DNA from: Paraspadella gotoi
Lineage: Eukaryota; Animalia; Chaetognatha
Assembly (NCBI GenBank): GCA_051294375.1
Contig: CM119264.1
Coordinates: 5,189,655 to 5,236,204 of the forward strand
Direction of reading: 5' to 3'
Length of the DNA: 46,550 nt
A model generated the notes under the pieces. It was not told the DNA's origin, searched no databases, and saw only the letters and a list, made by a program, of their open reading frames with translations. Position numbers and translations under genes: made by a program. Shown here one piece after another: positions 1 through 14,522 of the stretch (positions are counted from its first letter, which is position 1; every line of letters begins with the position of its first letter).

Positions 1-566
1 CTCCAATGGGTCTTTTGTTTCAGTCTTCCCCGATGCCCGACTTTCCCGATTGGCGCTGGGGATTGTGGTGCAAATTTCCCACAGTCGCGGAAAAACAAAA
101 GGGAAAAGAGAAGTTGGTCATTAGTCGCGAGTTTAGGACTGAATCGTCTCTTTGCTCCACTTGAGATCACTGTGATCTAGTTAGGAGAGCGATCGGAAGA
201 GCTCCCAGCCGCCCGCTTTTCAATTGCGCGATCTTTCAAGTTGAGCAACCTACAAAAACAAAATATTACGTACCTTTCTCACTGAAAACGTACTTTTCTC
301 AAGGGAACACGATTATAATCTTAATAGCAAATAATCCTCATGTATTGTACGGTGGAGTGTAACTTCTCTTTAATATTTATAACCAAGTGGATCTGTGCTG
401 AACTCAGTGGAGGACCGACTTGTACAAATAGCGCACCCTTCCGGTCCCCTTCCCATTTGAGCACCCACTTGTACCAATAGAGCACCGTCTCTTTAGTGAA
501 GCTTCCAGAGTTTTTTAGGATTCTCGCTCGCCCTTTCGTTTCCGTTTTAACCTTTCGCGTCAAAGC

Positions 567-619
<53 letters not shown>

Positions 620-1209
620 AGAGAACGAATTAATTCGAGTTGGCTGGGAAATGCACCGATGCCCCGCGCCACCTCTCCGCTCCGCCGACCGACGCGTGTC
701 CTGAGTTGCGTTGGGATCACGAACGTTAGATTTGGAGAAGAGAATCTCTCTCTGTTTTGTCCTTTGAGCGCAGAGAAATAAAAAAAAAAGTTTCACCTGC
801 TGAGCTTTTAGATCAAAACAAAGCGCAAAACTGAACTTTCCCTTAAATGCTATTTGTTCTGCGGTTTTGCCAGTCGGTGTGGATGTTATGGGCCATTGGT
901 TCGAATTGTTGAATCGTTGATGCCTTCGATTTGCAAACAAGAATGCGCAGTCGGCAATTTTAAAAGCGTTGGGATCTGAAAATGTCCCGAACGAACCTCA
1001 CTGCGTGACTCCGGCACGCTTACTCTTCTTTATATATCCTGGGCTTAAGTTTGCACGCAGTCGCGCACGCTGAAACGCACGCAGTCGCGCACCCAGTCCC
1101 ATGACGCGCGCCACTGCGCCATCGCGGCTTCTTTGGCGCGCGACGCCACAAAAGTGATTCGAATCGCAATCTTGTGTCGCTCGTGAAAATGAGCCTCGCG
1201 GCTGCACCC

Positions 1210-1980
1210 NNNNNNNNNNNNNNNNNNNNNNNNNNNNNNNNNNNNNNNNNNNNNNNNNNNNNNNNNNNNNNNNNNNNNNNNNNNNNNNNNNNNNNNNNNN
1301 NNNNNNNNNNNNNNNNNNNNNNNNNNNNNNNNNNNNNNNNNNNNNNNNNNNNNNNNNNNNNNNNNNNNNNNNNNNNNNNNNNNNNNNNNNNNNNNNNNNN
1401 NNNNNNNNNNNNNNNNNNNNNNNNNNNNNNNNNNNNNNNNNNNNNNNNNNNNNNNNNNNNNNNNNNNNNNNNNNNNNNNNNNNNNNNNNNNNNNNNNNNN
1501 NNNNNNNNNNNNNNNNNNNNNNNNNNNNNNNNNNNNNNNNNNNNNNNNNNNNNNNNNNNNNNNNNNNNNNNNNNNNNNNNNNNNNNNNNNNNNNNNNNNN
1601 NNNNNNNNNNNNNNNNNNNNNNNNNNNNNNNNNNNNNNNNNNNNNNNNNNNNNNNNNNNNNNNNNNNNNNNNNNNNNNNNNNNNNNNNNNNNNNNNNNNN
1701 NNNNNNNNNNNNNNNNNNNNNNNNNNNNNNNNNNNNNNNNNNNNNNNNNNNNNNNNNNNNNNNNNNNNNNNNNNNNNNNNNNNNNNNNNNNNNNNNNNNN
1801 NNNNNNNNNNNNNNNNNNNNNNNNNNNNNNNNNNNNNNNNNNNNNNNNNNNNNNNNNNNNNNNNNNNNNNNNNNNNNNNNNNNNNNNNNNNNNNNNNNNN
1901 NNNNNNNNNNNNNNNNNNNNNNNNNNNNNNNNNNNNNNNNNNNNNNNNNNNNNNNNNNNNNNNNNNNNNNNNNNNNNNNN
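1210..1980. other. Assembly gap (largest); others at 5258-5509, 5668-6063, 20894-21033, 24705-24904, 36212-36377, 36763-37005, 37492-37872 plus short 10-N and 25-N gaps
   Basis: Runs of N. Confidence 1.
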
Positions 1981-2156
1981 GAGAGAAATGGGACGGGAGA
2001 GACGGGATGAGAGAGGAGACGAGAGAGATGGAAGAAAAGGAGGGAGAGAGAGTTTAAAGCGAAACCAGCAGCGTCTGGGGCGAGACGGTTTTTTTGCGTG
2101 GGAGATTACAGTCGGAGATAGAAAACGAACAAAGAGAGAGAGATAGAGAGAGAAAG

Positions 2157-2234
<78 letters not shown>

Positions 2235-3790
2235 TTGCGTCAGAATCGGAGAGAGACAGAGACACAGAGAGAGAATGGGGAGAAACGATTTGGATCGGGT
2301 GCTCTCTCTCTCTCTCTCTCTCTCTCTATCCATGGCGAATTACCGATGAAACGATGCATTAGAGAAAATCCGTCCAGCGAATGAGAAACAATGAAAATCG
2401 AATGAAAGGCGTTGGCGGCGTTGGCGGTTGCGGCGGCGGCGGCGGCCGCAGCGGTGGCGTCGGCGGAAGCGGCGGTGTCAGGAAAAAGTATCGTCATTTC
2501 ATGGTTTCGACGGCGCGACTCAATTTTTCACGGTTTTTTTATTATCGGCCTTTGAGGTTTCAGGGCTATTCGCCGTTACAGGCGCTGTGGGTCTTTTGAG
2601 ATTTGTTTGATGCGTCTTTTTGCTGTTTCGCCAGTTGACTCTTTATACGTATATATTATAGAGGAACGAGGATTCTAAAAAGCATTAGGAGAATATAGAG
2701 GAGTCTAAAGCACACTAGGGTAATTTGCGTGTTTTGGGCGTGGCGAATCTATTGCGTGTGAGGAAACTGATCATTTACGAAACCTTTTTTTTTTTTTGAA
2801 ACTCAGATGTGGCAAAGATGTTAGCCAAAAATCTTTTGCCGTTTATATTTCGCGCCAAATAAACGCGAATTTTTGTTGGCGCTAATATTTGAACTTTTTC
2901 TCGGAGGAAAAGCGGAAAACAGGGTTAATAGTTTTCCCGATGTTTCGCGCGGAACGAGAGACAACAACAACAACAACAACGACGATTTGGATGAAAATGA
3001 AACTAATTTTTTTCGATATCCGTTTACTTATATCTGACGTTGCGCTTATGGGGCGAGAAAGCTTTGGGGGGGGGGTGAGATAAATCGATAACATGGAAAG
3101 ATTAAAGAAAAAGAATTGGCTCTTTTAATTTTATGGTTAGTCTATTATTGAACAATATTTTTAAATACATTTTCAGTACCTAAGATTGGATATAGTGGCC
3201 AATATTTTATACCGGTGCTTTAAAAAAAAAGATTTTAAAGCAGAAAGAATTGAAACTTTAATAAAGTTTTTCCAAAGATATGAATTTTTCTCAACAGCAC
3301 ATTTTTTTACCGACGGATCTGAACTACTGTTGTAGTTTTAAGACTTAAATATTTTTTGAACGAGTTTAAATTGATAATGATAATAAAGCAGTAACTTTAA
3401 CTGACCGAATCCGGAATGAGCTGCGTTTTTAATTGGCCGACCCTTTTCCTGTCCCGCCTCCCGCGCTGAGATGGACCTCGTAACCAAAACGATCTTTTTC
3501 CGTTACTCCATTCGCGCGCGTTTATTCATAACTTATTCATTTATTCATCCTTCGTTCATTCATATTTTCCCTCCAGATAGAGATTTTTGGCTCCGAGCGA
3601 AAGATTAAGAGGAGAAGGGGGAGGAGAGAGAAAAAAAGAAAGGAAGGAAAAGAGGAAATAGAAAGTCTGAAAGGAAAGAAAAGGGAGATTGAAAAGCGAC
3701 GGAGATTCGAGAGAAGAAAAAAAAAGAGAAACCAATAAAAATACAAGAGCATCAGGCAGAATGTGGAAGCCAAGACTGTTGCCAAAGCGA

Positions 3791-3791
<1 letters not shown>

Positions 3792-3836
<45 letters not shown>
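3792..3836. repeat. (GAC)n microsatellite (others at 4708-4750, 25637-25681, 37967-38011)
   Basis: Direct reading. Confidence 0.9.
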
Positions 3837-4707
3837 ATTGACGATGGCAACCGCAGCGATTTAAGCCGCCAACTCGGTCATTAACGCGAAATTTGTTGTC
3901 GCCGAAACTATGGGTTCGCCTTCCCCCCTTTTCCTGCCAGCGGGCAATGATGCTGACTAAGTGCAACATCTGCGAAAATTGGAGGAAAACCGTCGCATCT
4001 CCTTTTTGCACCTTGACGATTGCATCTGTGGCTCTTGCAGGAGACAAAAATTAAAAGTCAAAGTCTCAAATTCAACTGAACAATGGATGGATAAATGCGG
4101 TGCTTATTTATGTCGACTGCCTTATGAAATTGGTACAACCAATATGTAAAATATCCTTTCATTCTATAAATAAACTATCTTGCCTCCTGACATCAGACAG
4201 TCTATGAGGGTTAGGGCCTTAAACTTTTAATTAAGACTGGCTCACAATCTAGTTAATTAATTTTGATAAGGTATGCGATGTATGGTGGTTTATATGAAAT
4301 TGGTACAACCAATATAAAAATTATCCATTCATTTAATGAATAAGCTATCTTGTCCCTGACTTTGGACAGGCTTTGGTGGTTTAAGGCCTCCATCTGTTCA
4401 TCTGTTCATCTGTTCATCTGTTCATATGTTCATCGCCATGTCAATCTTTCTGTCTTTGTGATCTTTCACGAGTTAAACCCAATTCATTTCATTTATTGCT
4501 TCCTATCCATTGTTGATTGGTGATCACAGATGCGTGGGACGTCAGGAATCCTTTGACGTGCGCGATGTGACGGTCACGTCCTTTCCGGTCGCAGGTAGAA
4601 GGTGATATGATTATTTTTTCTTTATCTTTTCAATCTTTTATTCATATTTTTTTTTCATATTTTCTTTTTTCCCTTCCTATGGTGCGCATGAGGCGAGGCT
4701 TATGCCA

Positions 4708-4750
<43 letters not shown>

Positions 4751-4929
4751 TTATAAATCGTCCGCAGCTCATGTTTTGTTTATGTCGGTTATTATTTATT
4801 TGTCAAAGTTATAGCGGTTCACTACTAGGCTGAAATTGTTTTTATTATATATTCCATTTTAGTTTAATTTCAATACTTCAAAGAATATCAAGGCCGTTAT
4901 TTTTTAGCCATTGACTCATTGTTATATAA

Positions 4930-6262
4930 GAAAAGCTGCGAATCAATTTTATTAATTTCTATCGCTATCGGTATATCACCCTTTTAAATTTTGTATACTT
5001 TATCTGACATCGCGACTCTTAAAACCAAAGAGGCCGTTTAAATGACCAATTAGAAATAAATTATTTTCTCTAAGGAGACTAATCGGTAAAAAGACTAACG
5101 GTTGAGGAAAGTAATGGGTGAGGACTGAGGAGAGTAATGGTAGAGGCGGATTAAAGGGTAAGGAAAGTAATGGATTGAGGAAAGTAAGGGGTGAGAAGTA
5201 AAGGGTAAGGAAAGTTAGGAGTGAGGAGTAATGAGTGAGGAATAATGGGTGAGGAATANNNNNNNNNNNNNNNNNNNNNNNNNNNNNNNNNNNNNNNNNN
5301 NNNNNNNNNNNNNNNNNNNNNNNNNNNNNNNNNNNNNNNNNNNNNNNNNNNNNNNNNNNNNNNNNNNNNNNNNNNNNNNNNNNNNNNNNNNNNNNNNNNN
5401 NNNNNNNNNNNNNNNNNNNNNNNNNNNNNNNNNNNNNNNNNNNNNNNNNNNNNNNNNNNNNNNNNNNNNNNNNNNNNNNNNNNNNNNNNNNNNNNNNNNN
5501 NNNNNNNNNATAATGGGTGAGGAATAATGAGTGAGGTTTTCCCCGGAAAGAGAAAAATGAGACTTAAAGCGACGAGATTCTGTCGAAATCGATTTCCGTT
5601 CATAAAGAGGCAGATCTGAGGTTTGGAGAGATGGAGGGATGGATGGATGGATGGATGGATGGATGGANNNNNNNNNNNNNNNNNNNNNNNNNNNNNNNNN
5701 NNNNNNNNNNNNNNNNNNNNNNNNNNNNNNNNNNNNNNNNNNNNNNNNNNNNNNNNNNNNNNNNNNNNNNNNNNNNNNNNNNNNNNNNNNNNNNNNNNNN
5801 NNNNNNNNNNNNNNNNNNNNNNNNNNNNNNNNNNNNNNNNNNNNNNNNNNNNNNNNNNNNNNNNNNNNNNNNNNNNNNNNNNNNNNNNNNNNNNNNNNNN
5901 NNNNNNNNNNNNNNNNNNNNNNNNNNNNNNNNNNNNNNNNNNNNNNNNNNNNNNNNNNNNNNNNNNNNNNNNNNNNNNNNNNNNNNNNNNNNNNNNNNNN
6001 NNNNNNNNNNNNNNNNNNNNNNNNNNNNNNNNNNNNNNNNNNNNNNNNNNNNNNNNNNNNNNNTTTTTTTCACTCGCTCTCTGTCTGAAGGTCTTTTTAC
6101 AAGGCTGTTATCAAGAGCTCAATGTCGCTTTAATAAAAAAAACGGGTTTCGATTGAGCGCTCCCCTCGCGGTCGGTAATAGTTTTCTGGGTCGGTCGAGC
6201 GACACCATAAAACTCGGCTATGCTTAATTTGTCGCTTTTAATTTTACTCTCTCTCTCTCTCT
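4930..6262. repeat. Direct duplicate of ~15510-17060
   Basis: Same order of unique sequence, GAGTGAGGAATAATG minisatellite, (GGAT)n tract and ACAAGGCTGTTATCAAGAGCTCAATGTCGC block. Confidence 0.88.
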
Positions 6263-6442
6263 GCAGAAGATATGACCGATGTGGCGGATGTGTGACATTT
6301 CGGGGATCCCTGGTTAGTTGATCCTCTCCTGAAACGTTAAAATTTCTAATATGACCAGCGTTTTGCACTTGTTTGTTTCTCTGTAATATGTTACCTATAT
6401 TATATAACTAAATAAAAAAACTTTAACTTAATCCGCATTTTA

Positions 6443-7850
6443 GGTCTCGGACTTTTTTTACCGAGATCTACTATAAAAAAACCTTTGTCGACAGTCTTTA
6501 TATTATGCCTACCCAGTTGGGAAAACGTTTCGCTTGTTCCAATTTCGAAAATATGTTGGAAAAAAAAAAATAAGAAAAAAAATGGGGCTTGAAAAAAGAA
6601 AAGAAAAAAAAATTGCAATTGATAAAAAAACACGGTTGGGAAGAAAAAAAAAAAAAAAGGAAAAAAAATAAAAAAAAAAAAGAAAAAAAATAATAGGGGA
6701 AAGAAAAAGAAAAGATCTGCGAGAGGATGGAGAAATTTGAAAAAAAAAAAAAAGAAAAAAAAACTGAATAAATTGAAATGAAGGGAAAAAAAGAAAAAAA
6801 AAAATTTATGGATAAAAAAGGCGAAAAAAAAAAATGAGACAAGAAGGATGGAAAAAAATATAAAAAAGGAACAAAGAGGGAAAGGAAAAAAAAAAATTGA
6901 AAGAGGTTTTTGACAAAAAAGCAAGAATGTTTTGTGAACAAAAGAAAAAACACTGTGAACAAAAACAAAAATGAAAATAAAAACACAAAAAAAAAAAGGA
7001 GATAGAAAAAAAGTGAAAATAAAAAAAAAAAAGTGCAACAACAGAAAAAAGAAAAGAAAAAAAAAAATGGAAAAAAAGAAAGAAAAAAAAAAAAAAAAAA
7101 AGGAAAAAGCGATTTACTTGTTCGATCGAAAAATTTTGAAAAAAAAAAATAAATCATAGACGCGGATATTTTTAAAAGTCGACGCCCAATCGAAAGACTT
7201 TTTGACGGTGAAGAAAAAACGGAAGCGAAAATCTTCGGATTTATTTGGCTGAAAAAATTCATCTGACATTTTGGTAGACATTTTGACAAGTTAGTGTGAC
7301 TGACACTTTCATATTTTAGAATTTATTTAATTCGTTTTCGTTTTATTTTTAATTTTTGGATTGATATGGAATATAGTGACTTTACCCAAAAACAATTACC
7401 ATTTAGTTTAAAATACATTTCATTACTTAAACACTCAAATCAACTAACTATTTAATAATAATTTAAACAATTTCATACAACGAAGTAAACAATTTAATTG
7501 TTCTAAAAAACACTAGTTCTGAACCCTGAAATTTATGATTCCTGCCCCACTTCCTCCCCTTATTCCTCCTCCTCCTCCTCCTGTCCCTCACACAGATCCT
7601 TGATCGAAAGAGCCAGACCACCTTCCCCGCGATCGTCGGGTTAGCGGCCTGCGACTCAAGCCACTTACGGATGGTCTCGCTCCCAATGGACGTTACCTTT
7701 TTCGAATGGGCGTTGGTCGTGCGGATTGTCGCTATCGCGCTCGCATGAGATGGAAAACCCGACGCCGCCGAAGCGAATCGCGAACGAGAAGCTTGCGAAA
7801 GAAATTGCAATCCGATGCTGTGGATTACGAGGACTTTGAAGGTTTGTTGA
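6443..7850 (+). pseudogene. Noisy inverted copy (C) of the last two SULT exons, interrupted by poly-A-rich low-quality sequence (~6550-7100)
   Basis: 6443-6545 and 7105-7207 match exon 23981-24130; ~7596-7850 matches exon 23441-23654 (e.g. GATTACGAGGACTTTGAAGG). Many insertions. Confidence 0.7.
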
Positions 7851-10414
7851 ATGGGATGGCTGATTTGTTGCTTGTTGCTTTATTTGTTGTTTGATTGGTT
7901 CTGGTTTTTTTTTTTGTTCTTAAGAAGAAATTATTACTATTATATAGCGAAAATTTTTTTTTAATTTTCATAATGTTGTTAAAATTAAGCTTTCACCTGA
8001 TTTCCCGTAATAACATATTTTTCTATTCCATGTTTTATTTAGAATTTTTGTTTCTTCGAACAATTCACGCATTCCGCATAACGATGTGCAACTCGACGAC
8101 GCACGACCGGACGACTGACAACAATCTTCAATCTTTCGTCGAATATCGTATCCGTTGTGACGTTTCCGCGTTTTTGAATTTGAATTAGACGTTGGAACCG
8201 AATAGGATAGACGCTGCGACGTGTCAAAGGCGTGGGTTAGATAGAACAGGACAAGACACAAAACATCGTGGTCAGATACCAGCGAACAGAACAGGACAGA
8301 ACAGCGACCAAAGGACCAGAACATGTACAGAACACCCGCGACAGAACAGGACAGAAACAGGCGACACCTTCTAATTATTCTATGCATTAAACGCAACGTG
8401 ATGTTCTCGTGACATCATCAGTATGAAAATATAAGCAGATTTAGGAAAATATGAAAATCCTCGCAAAAAAAAACAATGCTATGAGGTCTATAATAATATT
8501 AGAGAATCAAACCAGCAATGGTATTAACGAAATCTAGACTGTGGTATATCGGTTTAGAGACTGGCCAATCGAAAAGTCATTGGACATTTTTTTAAATTAA
8601 ACAATGTCAATCGGAATTAAGAGTCCGTTTAAGCAAATATCTAACTATTTAATGCGGAAATAAAATGAAAATTTGAAGGCGATGATGAGATGCGAATTTT
8701 CGTTTTTTTTTTTTAATTTCTGTATTAAGAATGAATCCGCGAAGCCCTAAAGTTAAACGACAAAAAAGGATATTAGGGAATATAGGAAATTTAGTTTGTT
8801 TTTTTTTTCCCTTTTAAATTGAAATAGGTCCACACCAATTTAGCCTGCTGCCCGATTTGCCGATGGTCCGCCGCCTCTGCCTGCCCCTGCCTACCGCGCT
8901 TGCTCGCCGCCGCCGATGCTCTGCCGCCTGCCCCTGGTGATTAGTCAATAAAATTTAATTCGTGATTCAAAGCCCTTTTAGCCAATCGAGCAATTTTTTT
9001 TTTTTTTTTTCATCTGTTTAAAATGGATTTAAATTGTTTTTTGTTTCTGTTTTTGTTTTTCTACATAAAAAACATCCGATAATTTTGCGAATTTGCGCCG
9101 ACAAGAAAAAAAATGAAGTGTAAGAATTGATATCGTGAAATACGACGACGACGACGACGACGACGCTGATATTACATCGTTTCAGTTTCTTAAACTCCGC
9201 CAGCGCAATTGGAAAAACGTTTACTACTCCAAAATGTCCAGAATCCTCAAGAGATCGCAGACGAGATGGATCATTTTCTTGAACATCCAAAAAACATAAT
9301 TGTCCCGTCGGTGCTTGGGCGTTTTTTGCGGCGAGAGCAGAGAGCAGAGTAGAAAGAAAAGAACATCAGAAAGCAAAGAAGCAAGAAATACAGGAGGAGT
9401 GATGAGACGAGGAGAGAAGGGAGTGAGAATGAGGAGATGGATGAGGGGGTAGAGGGAGACGAGGTGAGACGAGAGGCGACGTGGCAGATGCAGAGAAAAG
9501 AGCGATGAGAACGAGAGAAGATAGAGACGAGCGAGATCTGAGAAGAATAGGCGAAGAGAGAAAGAGAGAGAGACTAGAGAGTAGAGCAGACGACTTTTAT
9601 ATAGAGGAAGAGCAGGACGAGAGATGAGATGACGAGAGAGTCGAGAGATCAGAGAGAGAGAGAGATGAAAGGACTGGATGAGGAGAGAGACCCAGAGGAT
9701 AGAGAAAAAGGAAAAAGAAGGATACGAGAGATGGTGGAGTGAGAAGGAGAAGAGACCAGAGAGACCAAGTTTGAAAAATTTAATTTAAATGAAAGAAAAG
9801 AAAGAAGAAAGAAAGAGAACAACGAAGAAAAGTGAAAGACGAGATGAAGAGAGAGAGAGAGGAGAACGAGAAGAGAGAGGGGGAGAGGAACAGACTGAGG
9901 CAGCGAAGGGGACAGGAGAGCAAGCGAAGAGAGAGGAAGAGAGGGAACGCGCAGACGAGAGGAAGAGCGTAGGAGTATGAGTCGCTGGAGCGAGTCGACG
10001 GAGGATTTGAGAGAGAGAGAGAGAGCAGCTGTGTCGGAGAGAGCGCGGTAGTCCTGAATCGTTCTTCTCGCACCAGATGTCGTGCTGAGCTGTATTTCTG
10101 CGGAGAGAATGCGATGGAGAGACGAATGACGCAGATCGATCTGATGAAACAAGAGCAGGAAAAGAGATGACGAGGCACACAGGAGAGCAGAGAGAGGAAA
10201 AGATTGGTACGATGAAGAGTCCCGGGTAGGAGAACTGGAGAGGAGGGACGAGTGAGAGACAGAGACTGACCAAGTTGAAATTTTAACGACAGTGAAATAG
10301 AAGACACAAGAACAGAATCAAGAAAAGAAATAGGATAGAACAAGAAATGAGAGAAAGAAAAGAGGAGAAAATGAGATATAGTCAGCAGATGGAGAGGAAG
10401 TGATAAGACTTCTT

Positions 10415-11865
10415 TCTTCAATCTTGAAGGCCTGCGTACGCTATAGACACCTGCTCCGCCCAAACGCTTTGGTCATCGGCAGCGAAGCGCCGCGGGATCA
10501 CACCGTCTTCGGCGCCAAATCGGTCTTTAACTCGTAACCCCTCGGGCTCTATGACGGGCTATTTGCGCAAGGTGCTCGGTGAGAGACGGAGAGAGCGATT
10601 AGATAGGGATGAGAGAGAGGGAGACGCATGATGACGAAGACGAGAATTGAAGAGGAGATAGAGAGAAGAGGATGGAGAGAGAGGGAGGGCATGAGGAGAG
10701 AGAAATGAGGGAATGAGAGAGAGGGGAGAGAGAGAGACAGAGAGAGACGAAAGAGAGAGGGAGAACGGAGAGAGACACGGAGAGACTAGTGTGCTGATAG
10801 ATCAATAAAGAATAAGAAAGACAAATGAAATAGACAAGAGAGAAAAGAGGGAATAGAGGAGCAGAATAGATTCTTCAAATCTTGGAAGCTCGCGTACGCT
10901 ATGACACGTCCGCAACGTGTGATGGCCAGCGGGACGCCGCGGGTCACGTTTTCGGCGCCAAATTCGCCGTAACCCCTCGCGGTCGCATGACGGCTATTGC
11001 CGCAAGGTTCGTGGTCGATGTAAGAGAGAGAGACTGAGATGAGACGATGATGGACGACGAAGATGCAAGAGAGAAGAGAGTCAAACCGCAGGATCAGAGG
11101 AGACGACGGCTCGGGAGCGGCCAGGAGAGAAAGCAGGAGAGGAGAGGAGAGAGAGAGAGACAAGAGAGTGAGAGAAAGAGAGACGAGCAGGAAGAGGAGA
11201 AGACAGAGAACAGTGAAAATAAAGAAATGAAAGAAAGAAAGAAGAAAGAGCAGAAAGAAAGAGAGCAACGAAATAGAGAGAGACTAGATTCGTTCACTTC
11301 TTGAAGTCGGCGTACGCTATGGACACGGTCCGCAACCGTTGGATCGGCCCAGCGACGCCGCCGGGTCACGTCTTCGGCGCTCAAATCGCGTAACCCCTCG
11401 CGGTCGATGACGCGGCTATTGCGAAGGTTTCGGTGGTGAGAGAGAGAGGAGATAGAGAGAGAGAGAGAGAGGAGAGAGAGATGGAGAGATGAGAGAGAGG
11501 CAGACGGCCCAGAGAGAAAGAGGGAGAGGAGAGATGCAGAGAGAGAGAGAGATGAGAGACAGAGAGAGAGAAAAAGGAGAGACGAGAGACCGAGAGAGAC
11601 AGCAGACCAGCTGTAAAAATTAAAGAAAGATAAGGAAATGAAAGGCTAGAAAGAGAGTAAAGAAAGACGAGAAGCAGAGAATTAGTGGAGGATGTAGCAT
11701 ATATGATTTTCAATCTTGAAGTGCTGGCGTACGCTATGACACGTCCCCGCAAACGTTGGATGGCCAAGCCGACGCCGCGGGTCCACGTTTCAGGCGCCAT
11801 AAATCGCGTCAAAAACCCCTCGGGTCGCATGCACGCTGGCTATTTTGCGAAAGGTTTCTGGTGGT
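10415..11865. repeat. Four inverted copies of the GC-rich ~135-bp module at ~430-bp period
   Basis: Copies start at ~10415, ~10870, ~11290 and ~11705 (TCTTGAAG..GCGTACGCTATGACACG...), separated by GA-rich tracts. Confidence 0.85.
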
Positions 11866-14382
11866 GAAGCAAGAGAGATAGAGGAGACGAGAGACGGGAG
11901 AGGAGACGAGAGAGGGAGAGAGAGAGAGAGATCGGGAGCAGATGAGAGAGATACGCTCATTGAGAGATCGTACGACGAGAACCGAGGCAGTCGTCAGCGT
12001 GCTGCACATCGCGAGGATGGGGGAGAGGTACCGGGTCCCGAGCGGGAGAATCGCGTCCCCGGCAGCAGAAGTTGAGGCAATTGGAGGTGGTGGGTCAGCG
12101 GAGCGTGTCTCTCCCTGGGAGTGACACGCTGCAGAAGAGGGGTTATTTCGGGGAGAGGGGGGGATAGGGAATTTCTCCGCTCTTAGGATTGCCTTCACTG
12201 CAGGGTGATGTGATCTGCGAGGCCCGGGGGCCTCCTGACGACGGAGAACGATCGACGGAGGTATCTGTCTGGGCACGCTGCGAGAGAGGACGCATGAGAG
12301 CTACTGAATAGATGCGGACGGTGTAGGACGCCGAGCCCTCGTCCGGAGGGGACAGCACGCCGGCGGCTTGAGACCTGAATCGAGGAGGGCAGGCGTAGGC
12401 TCGTGAGAGAGGGAGCCTGTCGCAGTGGAGGAAGGGAATATCAAACGACAAATTGCCCGTGCTAACTTAAACATTTCACCCAATTATTAAATACCATTTT
12501 AAACATGAACTTCGCCCTGATGAGATATGAGCACCAACGAATTGGGCGCGTCTCGTCAGTTAAGATGAAATTATTAACTACGGCGAATACCTTATCCGCG
12601 CCGCGAATTTCCCACGTTATCGCGTTCTATTTGTTGCACCATCAGTGGTTTTCTCCCCTGCCCGCTGCCGACCTTGTAATGAGTCTAGCGGTCCATCTAC
12701 ACGCTCGTTCATCTCTGTAATAAAATAAATTTTTCTTCGTCATTATATGCAGGGGACTGCACACATGAACAACTTTGTACTCACCAATCGATGGCCTAGT
12801 CGGCAACAGGTGACATCGCTTATGTTATTAGTTATAACATCCTATTTTTTTTTTCTTAAATCTTGTGTGGAACACCAGTAATCCATTTCAATAAGAAGCA
12901 AATACAATACTTTCTCCATTTCATTTTCAGATTCAATCCATGGTAGCAACTTAGAAACAGTCTGTGAACTCTAAAACGGGGGGAAAATAGGGAAAGACAG
13001 TACGACAAAAAGACTAAAAGGGAGAATGGAGAAAGAGAAGAAGAAGGAAGGAAGAAAGTTGAAATAATGAGAGAGGGAGAAAGACGAGATAAATATGAAA
13101 ACAAGCGAGTGAGCCGCCTCAGAAGACGTCTAGAGCAAAAAATGACGAGAGCAGTGAGAAGAGAGAGAGAGCAGATTGAGAGGAGACTGACACTGACGAG
13201 ATGATGAGAGAGCCAGAAAGAGATGAGCAGAAAGAGGAGAATGAAGAGAGAGCAGGAGAGCATGAGAGAGCATGAGCAAGAAGAAACGAGAGAAAGAGAG
13301 CAGAGAGAGAGGAGATGAGACGAGACGATCGAGCAAGAGATGACGAGAGAGAGAGGATCGCTATAAAATATTCATTATGGCGTCGGCGAGACAAAGAGAA
13401 AACGAACAAAAACCTCCAAAGTCCAAGCGGACTTTGCGCAAGAATAACTTCATCATCATCATCATCATCATCATCAACATCATCATCATCATCATCACAT
13501 CATCATCATCATCATCATCACATCCATCATCATCATCAACATCATCAACATCACTCATCGATCGTCTTATCATCCATGATCATCAATCATAATCAATCAT
13601 TCATTATCTATTTAATCATCAATATCATCATTCTCATAATCATCATCATCATTACTCATCATAATCATAATCATCATCATCGTTCATCATCATCATTCTT
13701 TACCATTTACAATTATTAACTATCCATTGTTCATGTGCTCATCGCGCAAATGATTTTTATTTGTCAACCATGTTACCATTTTCTATATTCACTTTGACAT
13801 TATCTGCTCCTGGCTACACTTCATTAAAAATATGTTTTGGTTGCTAACAATTTGTCATTATTTATTTGTTAGATTTGGCGATGTCACTGTCACAATATTT
13901 AATTATTTCTGTCATCGTCAGTCTCAACATCATCGTCTATATCATTCTTTTGTTATTCAATCCACTTTCGCATTACTCATTCGTCGCCCCAGTATCTTTG
14001 TTTTTCCTTTGTTACTTGGTCGCTCCGTCTCGTCGTCCATCGTCTTCGTCGGTCCTCGTCTTCATCGTCGTCTTCGTCGTCATCTTTCGTCCGTCGACTT
14101 TTAGGTCGTCTCGTCTACATCGTCGTCTTCGTCGACTTCGTCTTCATCGTCGTCTTCGCTCGACTTCGTCGTCGTCCTTTTCGTCGTCCTCGTTTCGTTC
14201 GTCTGTCGTTCGACGTCGTCTTCCCCGCGACGGCGAAAATTCTCCGTTTTAAATGCATAGTTAATAAAAAACCGAACAACGACGAAATATGGGCGGCCAA
14301 GCGAATCCCCTTATCCCCTTTTTTGGTCCCCAGGGGAAATTCCCCGAGCGCCTTAGTCTCCCCAAAGCGGAAACGTACGCTG

Positions 14383-14474
<92 letters not shown>

Positions 14475-14522
14475 TGCCGTCTCTTTCTTCATGTCTGNNN
14501 NNNNNNNNNNNNNNNNNNNNNN

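Larger units (their letters stand above)
6331..14490. repeat. Large inverted, insertion-rich duplicate of ~19500-24230
   Basis: Reverse-complement anchors in colinear order: 14280-14385/19500-19600, 13830/19980, 13355/20290, 8975/22570, 7560/23690, 6375/24185. Confidence 0.9.

Noticed and set aside
321-563. 80-aa ORF with a short internal direct repeat (ACTTGTAC.AATAG.GCACC twice)
   Set aside because: Non-ATG start, no recognisable domain; more likely a repeat fragment.
1045-2265. ORFs spanning N gaps (also 5151-6227, 36161-37885)
   Set aside because: Open only because runs of N contain no stop codons.
3556-4047. 163-aa minus-strand ORF or possible exon
   Set aside because: Extended by (GTC)n and pyrimidine-rich low-complexity sequence; no recognisable motif or consistent splice partners.
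6400-7289. Long Phe-rich or Lys-rich ORFs resembling membrane proteins
   Set aside because: Translation of a poly-A-rich low-quality stretch inserted in the middle of a SULT exon copy.
9649-13719. Many Ser/Leu-, Arg/Glu- and His-rich ORFs
   Set aside because: Products of noisy GA/CT and CAT microsatellites.
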